Shown: positions 29,656 through 40,831 of the stretch, piece after piece
Numbering within the stretch: position 1 is the first letter of the stretch
How the letters are laid out: each line of letters begins with the position of its first letter
Source: Candidatus Hydrogenedentota bacterium
GTDB taxonomy: Bacteria > Hydrogenedentota > Hydrogenedentia > Hydrogenedentales > SLHB01
DNA length: 64,000 nucleotides
Assembly (NCBI GenBank): GCA_963674865.2
Contig: CAXXYE010000004.1
Location: 128,001-192,000, forward strand
Direction: 5' to 3'
Translations under genes and position numbers: made by a program
The notes under the pieces: model-generated
Told to the model about the DNA's origin: nothing
What the model saw: the letters and a program-made list of their open reading frames with translations, nothing else
Databases searched by the model: none

Positions 29656-30486
29656 ATGCAAGTATCTGATATGTTTGCGCTTAAGGATAAGGTGGCAGTC
29701 GTCACCGGCGGTGGCGGCGTGCTTGGCGGAGCGATTGCAGAAGGCTTCGGCGCGGCCGGGGCAACCGTGGCTGTGGCGGATCTGCTCCCGGATATGGCGG
29801 AGGCGGTGGCCAAGCGCCTGACGGACGCGGGCGGCAAGGCGAAGGGCTACGAAATGAACGCCATGGAGAAGGAATCCATCGAGGCGTGCTGTGAGGCCGT
29901 CTATGCGGATTTCGGCCGGGTGGACATCCTGGTGAATGCCGTCGGAGGGAACATGAAGGCGGCGACGACTTCGGCGGAGCAGAGCTTCTTCGATCTGCCT
30001 TCGGATGCCATCAGCAAGGTGGTCGGCCTGAACCTCCTGGGCGGCGCGATTGTGCCTTCGCAGGTGTTCGGAGCGCGCATGAAGGATAATCCGGACGGCG
30101 GGTCGATCATCAACATCTCGTCGATGAACGCGATACGTCCGCTGACGCGCATCCCGGGATACAGCGCGGCCAAGGCGGCCGTCAGCAATTTCACACAGTG
30201 GCTTGCGGTGCACTTTGCGCAGGAGTACACCACGAAGCTGCGCGTGAACGCCATCGCGCCAGGCTTCTTCCTTACTGAGCAGAACCGCTTCTTGTTGACG
30301 GAGCGGGAGACGGGCGAGCTGACGGATCGTGGACAGACAATCATTGGGCACACGCCGATGGGGGCGTTTGGCAAGCCGGAGGACCTCATCGGGGCGGCGC
30401 TTTGGCTGGCTTCGGACGCGTCGCGCTTCGTAACGGGCATCATCGTACCTATTGACGGTGGATTTTCGGCGTTTTCAGGCGTCTAA
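29656..30486 (+). CDS. uxuB: SDR oxidoreductase, D-mannonate oxidoreductase-like
   Basis: TGGGGVLG, NAVGGN..ATT, FFDL, ISSMNA..PLTRIPGYSAAKAAVSNFTQWLAVHFA, PGFFLTEQNR, DGGFSAFSGV, characteristic of SDR-type UxuB. Confidence 0.8.
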   Translation: MQVSDMFALKDKVAVVTGGGGVLGGAIAEGFGAAGATVAVADLLPDMAEAVAKRLTDAGGKAKGYEMNAMEKESIEACCEAVYADFGRVDILVNAVGGNMKAATTSAEQSFFDLPSDAISKVVGLNLLGGAIVPSQVFGARMKDNPDGGSIINISSMNAIRPLTRIPGYSAAKAAVSNFTQWLAVHFAQEYTTKLRVNAIAPGFFLTEQNRFLLTERETGELTDRGQTIIGHTPMGAFGKPEDLIGAALWLASDASRFVTGIIVPIDGGFSAFSGV

Positions 30487-30502
30487 GGGAAGGATATCGA
30501 GC

Positions 30503-31393
30503 ATGAGTGATCCGGTAGCTGCACTGAAGAATCATCAACCTACGAAGGATTTCCTGATTGCCATCGACTCGGACGGCTGCGCCTTCGACACGATGGAGAT
30601 CAAGCACAAGGAATGCTTCATTCCCAACATCATCAAACACTGGCACTTGCAGTCCGTGTCGAAGTACGCGCGTGCGGCGGCCGAGTTTGTGAACCTTTAC
30701 TCTAAGTGGCGCGGCGTGAACCGCTTTCCTGCGCTCATTATGACGTTCGATCTACTGGACGAGTGGGATAAGGTTGCCGAGCGCAACTTCAAGTCGCCCG
30801 ATGTGCCCGAACTGCGAAAGTGGATCGAGACGGAGTCGAAACTGGGCAATCCGGCTTTGGAGGCTTACTGCCAAACGCATGACGAAGCGGTGATGCACCA
30901 GGCGCTGGCATGGAGCAAGGCCGTGAACGAGACGGTGGCCGATATTGTCCAGGGCGGGCTTCCGCCGTTTCCGTATGTGCGCGAGTCGCTTCAGAAGGCC
31001 CAATCGAAGGCGGACATGCTGGTGTGCTCCCAGACGCCCACCGAGGCGTTGACTCGTGAATGGGAGGAGCAGGATCTGGCGCAGTACGTGTTCGCCATCG
31101 CCGGGCAGGAGATGGGCAAGAAGTCGGAGCACATCGCGTTCGCATCCGAAGGCCGCTATGAGAAGAGCAATATGCTCATGATCGGCGATGCGCCGGGCGA
31201 TATGAAGGCCGCGCGCGCCAATGGGGCGCTCTTTTTCCCCATCAATCCGGGCGATGAGGACAAATCCTGGAAGCGGCTGTATGAAGAGGGACTGGACAAG
31301 TTCTTTGCGGGCGAGTACGCGGGCGATTATGAGGCGTCGCTGATTGCCGAGTTCGATGCGTATTTGCCTGAGACGCCGCCCTGGAAGAAGTAG
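30503..31393 (+). CDS. HAD superfamily hydrolase
   Basis: IDSDGCAFDTM motif I, MIGDAPGD motif IV. Confidence 0.88.
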   Translation: MSDPVAALKNHQPTKDFLIAIDSDGCAFDTMEIKHKECFIPNIIKHWHLQSVSKYARAAAEFVNLYSKWRGVNRFPALIMTFDLLDEWDKVAERNFKSPDVPELRKWIETESKLGNPALEAYCQTHDEAVMHQALAWSKAVNETVADIVQGGLPPFPYVRESLQKAQSKADMLVCSQTPTEALTREWEEQDLAQYVFAIAGQEMGKKSEHIAFASEGRYEKSNMLMIGDAPGDMKAARANGALFFPINPGDEDKSWKRLYEEGLDKFFAGEYAGDYEASLIAEFDAYLPETPPWKK

Positions 31394-31422
31394 CGACGGC
31401 CAAAGCGAAGGCCGGAGGCAAG

Positions 31423-32574
31423 ATGAAGATCATCGCCGACGAGAATATCCCGTATGTGCGCGAGGCATTTGGTACGCTTGGCGAGGTAACCACCATGCCC
31501 GGCCGGGCCATGGACGCGGCGGCGTTGAAGGACGCGGATCTGCTGCTCGTGCGTTCCATCACGAAAGTCAACGCGGCACTGCTTGACGGCTCCGCCGTGA
31601 AGTTCGTCGCGACGGCTACCATCGGCGAGGATCACGTGGACAGGGACTACCTCGCGGCGCAAGGAATCACGTTTTCGAGCGCGCCGGGCTGCAACGCGAA
31701 CAGCGTGGGCCAGTACGTCACGGCGGCGCTGCTCGAGCTGGCGGAGCATTTCGAGTTCGACCTCTGGGATATGTCGCTGGGCATCGTCGGCGTGGGCAAC
31801 GTGGGCTCACGCGTGCTGGCGAAGGCATCGGCTCTCGGCCTGCGGTGTGTCTTGAACGATCCGCCGCTGGCGCGCGAGACGGGCGATGCGAAGTATCGGC
31901 CTCTCGAGGAGGCGCTGGCGTGCGATATCGTGACGCTGCATGTTCCTCTAACCAAAGAGGGGCCGGACGCGACGCTTCACTTGGCGAATGAGGAGTTCAT
32001 ACGCCGGATGAAGTCCGGTAGCGTATTGATCAATAGCTCGCGAGGCCCGGTGGCGGACGGCGAGGCCATCAAGCGCGCACTGGTGGATAAGCATCTTCAA
32101 GCCTGCGTGCTGGACGTCTGGGAGGCCGAGCCGAACGTAGACGCCGAACTGCTGCAGCAGGTTTTCATTGGCACGCCGCACATCGCGGGATACTCGTTCG
32201 ACGGGAAGGTTAACGGCACGCGGCAGATCTATGAGGCGGCGTGCGCATTTCTCGGCGTGAAGCCCGAGTGGGATCCCGCTCCTTTGCTGCCGCCGCCGGA
32301 GTGCCGGGAAGTGTATGTGCCCGGGGACGCGACAGCGGTGCAGCGGACGGTTCTCACGGCGGTGCGAGAGGTTTACAGCATCTTCCGGGACGATAAGGCG
32401 ATGCGCGGCATTCTGGAGGCGCCGGTAGAGGCGCGCGGGACGGTGTTTGACAGGCTGCGCAAGGAATATCCCCGGCGGCGCGAGTTCTTCAATACACGGG
32501 CGAATGTGTCGCCGCCCAACAGCAAGATGGAGGCGATGCTCTCGGGCGTCGGCTTCCGGTGTGAGGCAATCTGA
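31423..32574 (+). CDS. pdxB: 4-phosphoerythronate dehydrogenase
   Basis: MKIIADENIPY, LVRSITKVN, ATIGEDH, APGCNANSV, GVGNVG, LDVWEAEP, TPHIAGYS, FDRLRKEYP.RREF. Confidence 0.92.
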   Translation: MKIIADENIPYVREAFGTLGEVTTMPGRAMDAAALKDADLLLVRSITKVNAALLDGSAVKFVATATIGEDHVDRDYLAAQGITFSSAPGCNANSVGQYVTAALLELAEHFEFDLWDMSLGIVGVGNVGSRVLAKASALGLRCVLNDPPLARETGDAKYRPLEEALACDIVTLHVPLTKEGPDATLHLANEEFIRRMKSGSVLINSSRGPVADGEAIKRALVDKHLQACVLDVWEAEPNVDAELLQQVFIGTPHIAGYSFDGKVNGTRQIYEAACAFLGVKPEWDPAPLLPPPECREVYVPGDATAVQRTVLTAVREVYSIFRDDKAMRGILEAPVEARGTVFDRLRKEYPRRREFFNTRANVSPPNSKMEAMLSGVGFRCEAI

Positions 32575-33861
32575 ATGACGGTTCTGAGCAAAATCAAAGA
32601 GGATAGGCGTCTGAGCGACGCGGAATTGGCGGGATTCGTTTCCGAGGTCTTTCAGGACGGCCGGGCCGACGGCAAGCGGGTGCTGTTCATTATCCCGGAC
32701 AGCACGCGAAGCATGCCGATGCCGGCGATGTTCCGGGCCTTGTTTGAGGTGTTGCACGGGCGCGTGAAGCAGATGGATTACCTCATCGCGTTGGGCACCC
32801 ATCCGCCGATGTCGGATGAGGCTATCAACCGCCTCTTGGGACTGACTCCCGAGGAGCGAACCGGCACCTTTGCGGATGTGGGCATCTTCAATCACGAATG
32901 GCAGAATGCGGATGCGCTGACGCACATCGGGACGATTACGGTGGATGAGATCGGCGAGATCTCCGGCGGCCTGATGCGTGAGAAGGCCGATGTCATGGTG
33001 AACAAGCGCATTTTTGATTACGACGCCGTGTACATCGTAGGGCCGGTGTTCCCGCACGAAGTGGTAGGATTCAGCGGCGGGAACAAGTACTTCTTCCCCG
33101 GCATCGCGGGGGAGGAGATTCTGAACCTCTTCCATTGGCTCGGGGCGCTGATCTCCAATCCAGTTGTCAACGGGACGAAATACACGCCGGTGCGGGCCGT
33201 GGTGGATAAGGCGGCGTCATTCATCGAGCTGGAGAAGCGCTGCTTCTGCTTGAACGTCAAGGGCAAGGACTGCAAGGCCATCTTCTTCGGGACGCCCGAG
33301 GAAGCCTGGGACGCGGCGGCGGATCTTTCCGCGCAGACGCACATTGAGTATAAAGAGCATCCCTACAAGAGCGTCTTGGCGATGGCGCCGGAGATGTACG
33401 ACGACATCTGGGTGGCCGGCAAGTGCATGTATAAGCTCGAACCGGTTGTGGCCGATGGCGGGGAACTGATCATCTACGCGCCGCACGTGAGCGAGATCAG
33501 TTTCACGCACGGACACCTCATTCAGAAGATTGGCTATCACACGCGGGACTATTTCCTGGCGCAGATGGAGAGATTCGAGGACATTCCCGGCGGGATTCTG
33601 GCGCATTCGACGCACGTGAGGGGCATCGGCACGTATGAGAACGGCGTCGAGAACTGCCGCGTGCAAGTGACGTTGGCCACGCAGATTCCCGAGGAGGTGT
33701 GCCACTCCATCAACCTTGGCTATCGCGATCCCGCGTCTATCCGGCCTGACGACTGGGCGGATAGAGAGGAAGAGGGCCTACTGCTGGTTCCTCATGCAGG
33801 TGAGGTGCTGTACCACTTGAAGGAGGGCAATCCGAAGCCGAGGCCCTTCAAGGCAGCGTAG
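32575..33861 (+). CDS. LarA-family (nickel-pincer) 2-hydroxyacid racemase/epimerase, GntE-like
   Basis: PDSTRS, ALGTH, FPHEVVGFSGGNKYFFPG, downstream His (LFHW) and WVAGK line up with the conserved LarA catalytic and cofactor-binding residues. Confidence 0.85.
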   Translation: MTVLSKIKEDRRLSDAELAGFVSEVFQDGRADGKRVLFIIPDSTRSMPMPAMFRALFEVLHGRVKQMDYLIALGTHPPMSDEAINRLLGLTPEERTGTFADVGIFNHEWQNADALTHIGTITVDEIGEISGGLMREKADVMVNKRIFDYDAVYIVGPVFPHEVVGFSGGNKYFFPGIAGEEILNLFHWLGALISNPVVNGTKYTPVRAVVDKAASFIELEKRCFCLNVKGKDCKAIFFGTPEEAWDAAADLSAQTHIEYKEHPYKSVLAMAPEMYDDIWVAGKCMYKLEPVVADGGELIIYAPHVSEISFTHGHLIQKIGYHTRDYFLAQMERFEDIPGGILAHSTHVRGIGTYENGVENCRVQVTLATQIPEEVCHSINLGYRDPASIRPDDWADREEEGLLLVPHAGEVLYHLKEGNPKPRPFKAA

Positions 33862-33901
33862 GTGCTGTCTCCGTGGCCGATCATCATGTGGCCTCCCAAT
33901 C

Positions 33902-35017
33902 ATGACTCCGCGTGAGCGAACCCTTGCGGTGTACCGCGGTGAGACGCCGGACGTCGTGCCGTACATGCTGGACTTGTCCCACTGGTTCTATCACAGGAAT
34001 CGCTTGCCGTGGGATCTCAGCCGGGCATACGAGCGCCCGGAATGCGCCCTGATCAACTACCACAAGTGCGCAGGCGCGGGATTCTACATGCCAAATCTGG
34101 GCATGTTCTATGAAGTCCATCACGCACCGGATGTGATGGCTACGACGGCGAAGAGCCCGGATGGGAGGGAGATCACCTGGCGGTATGAGACGCCGCTGGG
34201 CACCATCGAGCGCGCGCGGCGGTGGGAGGCCCAGACGTATGCGTGGGGCATCTCCAAGTGGGGAGTCGAGTCGGAACACGACTTGAAGGTGCTGGGCAGG
34301 GCGCTGGCCGGCAGAGTCTACACGCCGCGGTGGGACCTCTACCAGGCGTGGGCGGATTGCGTGGGCGACGCCGGCGTGGTGTACCTCTCGGCAGGCTACA
34401 GCGCCATGGGCCACCTGCTGAATTATTGGCTGGGCGTTGAGCGGACGGTGTATGCCGCAGTCGATTGGCCCGACACCATGCGTCAAGTGGTGGATAGAGT
34501 GAATGCCAACACGCTCGAATGCATCGACATGCTCGCGGCATCGCCCGCTGAGGTCATTATCATGGGCGACAACTTCTCGAGCGATATCCAGCCGCCATCG
34601 TTCTTCGAGCAGTGGGCGAAGCCGTTCTACGTAGAGGCCCTGAGGCGGCTGCATGCCGCGGGGAAGTACGTCGCCGTGCATATAGACGGGAGACTGCGCG
34701 GCGCGTTAGGTATGTTTCGCGATCTGGGCGCCGACTGCGCCGATGCGGTGACGCCGCGGCCCATGGGCGATCTAGAGCCGGAGGCATGTCGTGAGGAGGC
34801 GGGGACGGACATGATCCTTTCGGGCGGCGTATCGCCCGACCTATGGCTGCCCGATGCCGACTTGGAGGACTTCAAAGGCGCCGTGATGCGGTGGCTGGCG
34901 CTGAAGCGGCGCAGCGCGCGCCTCATCGCCAATGCGGGCGATCAGGTTCCCCCGGGCGCCGAGGAAGATAGAATCGCGATCATGCGGGATTTGGTTGAGC
35001 GACACGGCGCGTATTAG
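33902..35017 (+). CDS. Uroporphyrinogen decarboxylase / MtaA-like superfamily protein
   Basis: MTPRERTLA....PDVVP, YETPLGTI, MGDNFSS..PPSFFE, VHIDG, P.PMGD, LSGG. Confidence 0.8.
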   Translation: MTPRERTLAVYRGETPDVVPYMLDLSHWFYHRNRLPWDLSRAYERPECALINYHKCAGAGFYMPNLGMFYEVHHAPDVMATTAKSPDGREITWRYETPLGTIERARRWEAQTYAWGISKWGVESEHDLKVLGRALAGRVYTPRWDLYQAWADCVGDAGVVYLSAGYSAMGHLLNYWLGVERTVYAAVDWPDTMRQVVDRVNANTLECIDMLAASPAEVIIMGDNFSSDIQPPSFFEQWAKPFYVEALRRLHAAGKYVAVHIDGRLRGALGMFRDLGADCADAVTPRPMGDLEPEACREEAGTDMILSGGVSPDLWLPDADLEDFKGAVMRWLALKRRSARLIANAGDQVPPGAEEDRIAIMRDLVERHGAY

Positions 35018-35079
35018 ACTACGCTCCGAATATCGACGCAGCAGGCGGTTCACGAACAACAGAGTAGGAGTTACGAGGA

Positions 35080-36366
35080 ATGCCGAGGAATGTGATTGTT
35101 GCGCAGTCGGGCGGGCCGAGTCCCGTCATTAACAGTTCGTTGCGGGGAGTGATCGAGGGATGCAAGCTGTTTCCGGAGGCGTTCGGGACGATCTACGGCG
35201 GCTGGCACGGGATCGAGGGGGTGCTGAAGGAGGAGCTCCTGGATCTGTCCGCGCAGGATGAGGAGGAAGTGGCGCTGCTGCGTTACACGCCCGCGGCGGG
35301 CTCCATCGGGACATGCCGCTACAAGCTGAAGAAGGGGCAGGACGAGGATTTCAAGCGCGTCATCGATGTGATGAAGGCCCATGACGTGGGCTATTTCTTC
35401 TACAACGGCGGCAATGACTCGATGGACACGGCGCACAAGGTGAGCGTCCTGGCGAATGAGCAGGGACTGGACCTTGTGGCGGTGGGCGTGCCGAAAACCA
35501 TCGATAATGACGTGGGCGATTCGGAGTTCAAGCTGATCGATCATACGCCCGGCTACGGGAGCGTGGCGCGTTACTGGATGGGCGTCGTGCAGAACGCGAA
35601 CGAGGAGAACGCGGGCTCGTGTCCCGCCGATCCCGTGCTGGTGTTGCAGGCGATGGGGCGGAAGATCGGATACATTCCGGCGGCGGCGCGTTTGGCGGAT
35701 CCGAAGCGCGAAATGCCGCTGCAGATCTACATGGCCGAAGCGGGCGTCTCGCCGGAGGAGATGTGCGACCTCGTAAGCGATCAGCTTAAGAAGGACGGCC
35801 GCTGCATTGTGGTTGTGAGCGAAGGTTTCGAGGTTGGTGAATTGGGCGAGACGAAGGATAGTTTCGGCCACACGCAGTTCAGCGCGTCGAAGACGACGGT
35901 GGCGCAGCAGGTGGTGACGATGCTGAACGAGAAGGGCTTGCCGGTGCCGGGCGCGGCGCGGGGCCAAGTCTCGGGGACGGATCAGCGGGACACGTGCCTG
36001 TACGCGTCGGTTGTGGATCTTGACGAGGCGTACAAGGTGGGCCAGCAGGCGGCGTTGATCGCGGCGTCGGGCGAGAATGGCTGGATGGCCACCATCCTGC
36101 GCGAGCCCGGGCCCATCTACAACGTGCGCTACGACAAGGTGCCGCTCGAGGACGTGGCGAACTCCGAGCGCACGTTCCCGCAGGCGTGGCTCAGTCCGAA
36201 CAAGATCGACGTGACGGATGACTTCGTGCGCTACGCCAAGCCGCTCATTGGCGAAGACTGGGCGAGCGTGCCGGTAGTCAACGGACGTCAGCGGTTTACG
36301 CGGTTCAAACCGGTATTTGCCGAGAAGAGGCTGCCGGCATACACGCTCGAGGCGCTGCGGAAGTAG
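35080..36366 (+). CDS. pfp: Pyrophosphate-dependent phosphofructokinase
   Basis: AQSGGPSPVIN, GGNDSMD (Asp diagnostic of PPi use), PKTIDND, MGRKIG, VVSEG. Confidence 0.88.
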   Translation: MPRNVIVAQSGGPSPVINSSLRGVIEGCKLFPEAFGTIYGGWHGIEGVLKEELLDLSAQDEEEVALLRYTPAAGSIGTCRYKLKKGQDEDFKRVIDVMKAHDVGYFFYNGGNDSMDTAHKVSVLANEQGLDLVAVGVPKTIDNDVGDSEFKLIDHTPGYGSVARYWMGVVQNANEENAGSCPADPVLVLQAMGRKIGYIPAAARLADPKREMPLQIYMAEAGVSPEEMCDLVSDQLKKDGRCIVVVSEGFEVGELGETKDSFGHTQFSASKTTVAQQVVTMLNEKGLPVPGAARGQVSGTDQRDTCLYASVVDLDEAYKVGQQAALIAASGENGWMATILREPGPIYNVRYDKVPLEDVANSERTFPQAWLSPNKIDVTDDFVRYAKPLIGEDWASVPVVNGRQRFTRFKPVFAEKRLPAYTLEALRK

Positions 36367-36390
36367 CTGCCTGATAGGCGAGAATTCAGT

Positions 36391-36427
36391 GGTGGGGCGG
36401 GCCTAAGATCCCGCCCCATCTTGTTTT
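36391..36427 (+). terminator. Intrinsic terminator
   Basis: GGTGGGGCGGG..CCCGCCCCATC stem followed by TTGTTTT. Confidence 0.85.
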
Positions 36428-36543
36428 ACGCCAATTCCCGAAAAACGCGAAGACATCCGCCGGAATCCTCGCCTTGAATCCGATGAATGTGGGGAACGCA
36501 GATAGAATTCCCACACGAGTTGTGTGTATTTACTACTAGAGAG

Positions 36544-36570
36544 TTGACGCGCTAACGATTGTGGTATAGT
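36544..36570 (+). promoter_or_regulatory. Putative promoter (extended -10)
   Basis: TTGACG-15 nt-TATAGT with TGn extension; the spacer is short. Confidence 0.4.
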
Positions 36571-36606
36571 TTCGGATAGGATAACGCAACCTTCTAGGAG
36601 GTCGAT

Positions 36607-37143
36607 ATGAATGCCAAGCTGAAGGACCTTCGAGACATGTGGATGTGGCAGGCGCCCTTATTGAGTGTTACGGTAGGCGTCTTTGTCCTGGTTCCGATCT
36701 TGATAGCCTGTGTACTGTATCCTTCCCGCGGCGTAATGGGTCTTATGGCGCTTCCCTTTGCTTCCATCGGCGTTGCCGGGGGGCTGGTGTACGGTTGGGT
36801 CGTTAGGAGAGTCGCTCGTTTGCGCCAGTCTGCCTCTGCGGAAGAGGGAGAGGCCGTCTACGGCCTTATCGTGAATGGGATCATCCAGTCGCCGGGAGTC
36901 GTAGTCCTGAAGGCCGGCGTGATTGAGTTTCTGCCTATCGTGGGCAAGCCACTCACCATCCCTGTCGAGGCCATCGACTCCGTTCGAACCTGCCGCTGGT
37001 TCAATGGCACGTACTATCTCTGGAAGACGGGCTTCTGGCTCAAGGTTCTGGGAAGAGATCGGCTCGGCTTTGCCGTGGCAACCAGTCTTGCCGGTAAGTG
37101 GCGCGGCCTGTTAGAGTCTACGAAGGTGCCTGAGGGCGTCTGA
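36607..37143 (+). CDS. Hypothetical membrane protein (2 TM plus small beta domain)
   Basis: AGGAGG RBS, ATG, two hydrophobic helices. Confidence 0.75.
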   Translation: MNAKLKDLRDMWMWQAPLLSVTVGVFVLVPILIACVLYPSRGVMGLMALPFASIGVAGGLVYGWVVRRVARLRQSASAEEGEAVYGLIVNGIIQSPGVVVLKAGVIEFLPIVGKPLTIPVEAIDSVRTCRWFNGTYYLWKTGFWLKVLGRDRLGFAVATSLAGKWRGLLESTKVPEGV

Positions 37144-37332
37144 AAAGGCCCGCTATGAGTTGTGCGTGAGTCGGGCGAGGAGACGCAGAGGATTCTTCAG
37201 CGCAGTGGGAGTCTCCGTGGACAAACCGACGACAAAGAGCCTGTGGCGGCGGTGTCGGCCTCAGGGCGGCGCCACCGATTGCCATGAAGCGGTTCAGCGC
37301 ATAGGCACAAGAGGCGTTGGGGGGCGAGCCCA

Positions 37333-40300
37333 ATGATTCTTGATCTGCTTCACAACGTAGCCGTCCTCGTCGCTCTATCGGTGGGTGTTCAGGCGTTGGC
37401 GCGGCGCGTTGATGCCGATTCGCCCCTCTATGGAATCGCGACGGGACTTCTTTTCGGCATGGCAGGGATCGTGGGAATGTCGACGCCCATGACCTTCGCG
37501 CCGGGGGTGATCTATGACGGCCGCTCCATTGTCCTGAGTTTGGCCGGCTTGTTTGGCGGGCCCCTGGCGGCCGCGCTAGGAGGGGGTCTTTGCGCTGCCT
37601 ATCGATTCTACTTGGGCGGCGCTGGTGTATGGGCGGGCGTGGGCACGGTTGTCGAGGCCTCTGTGCTCGGGATATGCCTCCACTACCTGCGACGCCGTGA
37701 CGAGGGCTGGGCAAGTCCCTTCTGGCTCTTGACGTTCGGGCTTTTCGTGCACGCAGGCATGCTCGCCCTGCAATTTCTGATACCTGGCATGGGCTGGGAG
37801 ATCCTGCGCCGTGTCGGCCCGGCGGTGCTGGTGTTCTATCCTATAGGCTTTCTCTTGACGGCGCAGGTGTTCCTCGATGGCGAACGAAGGCGAAAGGCTG
37901 AGAAGTCGTTGCGCGAGAGCGAGGAGCGCTATCGTGCGGTGGTGGAAGACACGCCGGTTCTAATCTGCCGGTATCTTCCCGGAGGCGAGATAACCTATGT
38001 CAACGAGGCTTTTTGCAGGTATTTCGGGAGAACCGCCGAGGACGTGGCGGGGCAGTCGGTTTTCTCACTGGCTGTGGAGGGTGAGCGGGAAAGGATGATG
38101 GCCGACATCGCCGCGCTGAACGTTGCTTCTTCGACCCTATCCCAAGATTACCAGGTGCTCGCCCCGGGCGGAGAGCCCCGCTGGGAGCGCTGGACATGCC
38201 GCGCCCTTTTTGGGCCCCAGGGACAAGCCGTGGCTTACCAGGCCGTCGGAGAGGATATCACCCGCCGAAAGCTTGCAGAAGAGGCTCTCCAAAGGAGCGA
38301 GTCGCTGCACGTTCTGGCCCGGCGCGCTTCGGGTTTGGGTATCTGGGAATGGAATATCACGGAGAAGAAAGTGTATTGGACTCCTGAGGTCGAAGCCATC
38401 TTCGGCTATGAGCCCGGTGAGACCAACGGCGTTCTAGAGGATGTCACTTCGCGTATCCACCCGGAGGACGTGGACGGCTGGCGGGAGTCTGTTGAGGCGT
38501 CGGTGGAGGAGGGTAAGGAGCATCGTCTTGATTTCCGTGTCATCTGGCCGGATCAATCGGTACACTGGGTTTTCGTTCTGGGAGACGCCGAACGCGATAC
38601 GTCCGGCAAAGCCACGCGTATGGTCGGGATCGTCACGGATATAACGGAGCGAAAGCAAGCTGAGGTGGCGCTACGCAGCAGTGAACGTTTTCTGAACAGC
38701 GTATTCGAGGCTATCCGGGAAGGAATAAGCGTCCTTGACCTCGACCTGAGCATCGTTCGCGTCAACAAATGGATTGAGGAGAAGTACTCACCCCAGGCGG
38801 TTCTATATGGAAAGAAGTGCTATGCCGCCTACCAGCAACGCGATGCCGTATGCCCATGGTGTCCCAGCCTGAAGGCTATCGAAACGGGGGAAACGCAGAT
38901 TGCCGAGGTGCCCTATGCTGCCACGCAGGGCCAGAACGGCTGGCTGGAGCTGTCGGCTTTCCCGTTGAAAGATGAACACGGCAAGGTAACCGGGGTGATC
39001 GAGTGCGTAAGAGATCTGACGGAGCGCAAACTTGCTGAGGCGGAGCGAGAGCGCTTGATGTCGGCCATCGAGCAAGCCGCGGAGGTCGTCGTCATCACGG
39101 ACAGGGAGGGGGCCATCCAGTACGTTAATCCGGCTTTTGAGCGGGTTACGGGCTACACGCGCGAAGAGGCCCTCGGCCGGAATCCTCGGATACTCAAGAG
39201 CGGCGAGCACGATGCCGCATTCTACCGCAACCTATGGGATCGGCTTGTGCAGGGACAGCCTTGGACTGGCCACTTCAGCAACAAGAAGAAGGACGGTACG
39301 CTGTACCAGGAGGAGGCGACGATATCCCCGGTAAGGGATGCGACCGGCCAAGTCACCAACTACGTGGCTGTGAAGCGCGATGTAACACACGAGCAGGAAC
39401 TCGAAGAGCAGTTGTTGAGATCTCAGAAGATGGAGGCCATTGGCCAATTGGCGGGGGGCGTAGCCCACGACTTCAATAACATCTTACAGGCGATGCTAGG
39501 GCATCTTGCGTTTGCCATGGAGCGTGCGGCTCCCGGCGCGCCAATCCGCGAGGATCTCCAACAAGTTAGATCGGGCGCTGAGCGCGCGGCCGAATTGACG
39601 CGGCAGCTGCTCGCGTTTGGCCGCCAGCAAGTACTGCAGCCGAAGGACATCGATCTTAACCAAGTTGTAGGCGGAGTGCTCAGGATGGTTGAGCGGGTCA
39701 TCGGCGAGGATATACAGCTTGATTTCATCCCAGGGCATCAACTCGGAACTGTGCTTGCCGATCCAAGTCAGCTAGAGCAAGTGATTATGAACCTGTGCAT
39801 CAATGCTCGGGACGCGATGCCGCAAGGTGGCAAACTGACGGTCAAAACTCAAAATGTCGTGCTCGATAGCGCTTACTGCGAGATGCATCCCTGGGCGAAG
39901 CCGGGGCGTTTCGCTCTCCTGAAGGTGGCGGATACGGGCACCGGTATGGACGAAGAGACGCAGCGCCGGGCCTTCGAGCCGTTTTTTACCACCAAGGAGC
40001 TGGGCAAGGGCACAGGCCTAGGCCTGGCCACCGCCTATGGCATCGTGAAGCAGCATGATGGACTTATCCAGGTGTACAGTGGGCCGGGCCGCGGTAGCCT
40101 GTTCAAGGTCTACCTACCGGCTGCCACGCGGGCCGCAGGCCAGGTGGAGCGTGAAAGTGAGGGGCCCGTCGGTGGCGGCACAGAGACTATTCTTGTTGCC
40201 GAGGACGACGACGTGATTCGCGGCCTTGCGGTGCGCGTTCTGGAGAAGGCCGGATACACGGTGCTCGAGGCGTCGAACGGCGAGGAGGCGGTTGAAGTTT

Positions 40301-40557
40301 TCAGGGCGCACTCGGGCGAGATTGACCTGGCCTTGTTTGATGTCGTGATGCCAAAGATGAGCGGCCCCGCCGCCTATGACGCGCTGAGGACCATGGGCCC
40401 GCAGCTTCGCGTTCTCTTCAGCAGCGGCTACAGTGCGAACAGCGACCTCACGCGATTCTCTCTTGATGAAGGGGTGGAACTTATCCAGAAACCTTACGAA
40501 CCCAAGGCGCTTCTTCGCAAGGTGCGCGAGATCCTCGACGCGCCGCCGGCAAGCTGA
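37333..40557 (+). CDS. Hybrid sensor kinase: LytS/YhcK-type 5TM receptor, 4 PAS, HisKA/HATPase, receiver
   Basis: [21 protein letters not shown], repeated DITxRK PAC ends, [39 protein letters not shown]. Confidence 0.93.
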   Translation: MILDLLHNVAVLVALSVGVQALARRVDADSPLYGIATGLLFGMAGIVGMSTPMTFAPGVIYDGRSIVLSLAGLFGGPLAAALGGGLCAAYRFYLGGAGVWAGVGTVVEASVLGICLHYLRRRDEGWASPFWLLTFGLFVHAGMLALQFLIPGMGWEILRRVGPAVLVFYPIGFLLTAQVFLDGERRRKAEKSLRESEERYRAVVEDTPVLICRYLPGGEITYVNEAFCRYFGRTAEDVAGQSVFSLAVEGERERMMADIAALNVASSTLSQDYQVLAPGGEPRWERWTCRALFGPQGQAVAYQAVGEDITRRKLAEEALQRSESLHVLARRASGLGIWEWNITEKKVYWTPEVEAIFGYEPGETNGVLEDVTSRIHPEDVDGWRESVEASVEEGKEHRLDFRVIWPDQSVHWVFVLGDAERDTSGKATRMVGIVTDITERKQAEVALRSSERFLNSVFEAIREGISVLDLDLSIVRVNKWIEEKYSPQAVLYGKKCYAAYQQRDAVCPWCPSLKAIETGETQIAEVPYAATQGQNGWLELSAFPLKDEHGKVTGVIECVRDLTERKLAEAERERLMSAIEQAAEVVVITDREGAIQYVNPAFERVTGYTREEALGRNPRILKSGEHDAAFYRNLWDRLVQGQPWTGHFSNKKKDGTLYQEEATISPVRDATGQVTNYVAVKRDVTHEQELEEQLLRSQKMEAIGQLAGGVAHDFNNILQAMLGHLAFAMERAAPGAPIREDLQQVRSGAERAAELTRQLLAFGRQQVLQPKDIDLNQVVGGVLRMVERVIGEDIQLDFIPGHQLGTVLADPSQLEQVIMNLCINARDAMPQGGKLTVKTQNVVLDSAYCEMHPWAKPGRFALLKVADTGTGMDEETQRRAFEPFFTTKELGKGTGLGLATAYGIVKQHDGLIQVYSGPGRGSLFKVYLPAATRAAGQVERESEGPVGGGTETILVAEDDDVIRGLAVRVLEKAGYTVLEASNGEEAVEVFRAHSGEIDLALFDVVMPKMSGPAAYDALRTMGPQLRVLFSSGYSANSDLTRFSLDEGVELIQKPYEPKALLRKVREILDAPPAS

Positions 40558-40614
40558 ACCGGAGTCCGGTGTACTCGACGTTTCTGTGTTCCCAACGCCT
40601 CAACGCCGAGATGC

Positions 40615-40827
40615 TTAGGACGCAAGGGGATGAATAGGAAGAGGCCTGCGGGGTTCGGCGGCGGGTCCTCCTAGGGCTGTTCCGTTGCGCGTCCTGTAGA
40701 CCTCGACCACTGTCCCCCGATACGCCTTGTTCTTTTCGATGCCTGCCTTGATGCCAAATTCCCAGACGAGCGTGCCGCTGACGGCGTGAATAAGCACGAG
40801 CGTGCTTATGAGCTTCGGCTTGGCCAT
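40615..40827 (-). CDS. Small ORF, possibly a truncated gene remnant
   Basis: ATG 4 nt after the SGNH stop; MAKPKLISTLVL..KAYRGTVVEVYR followed by a non-protein-like tail. Confidence 0.3.
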   Translation of the reverse strand: MAKPKLISTLVLIHAVSGTLVWEFGIKAGIEKNKAYRGTVVEVYRTRNGTALGGPAAEPRRPLPIHPLAS

Positions 40828-40831
40828 TCGT

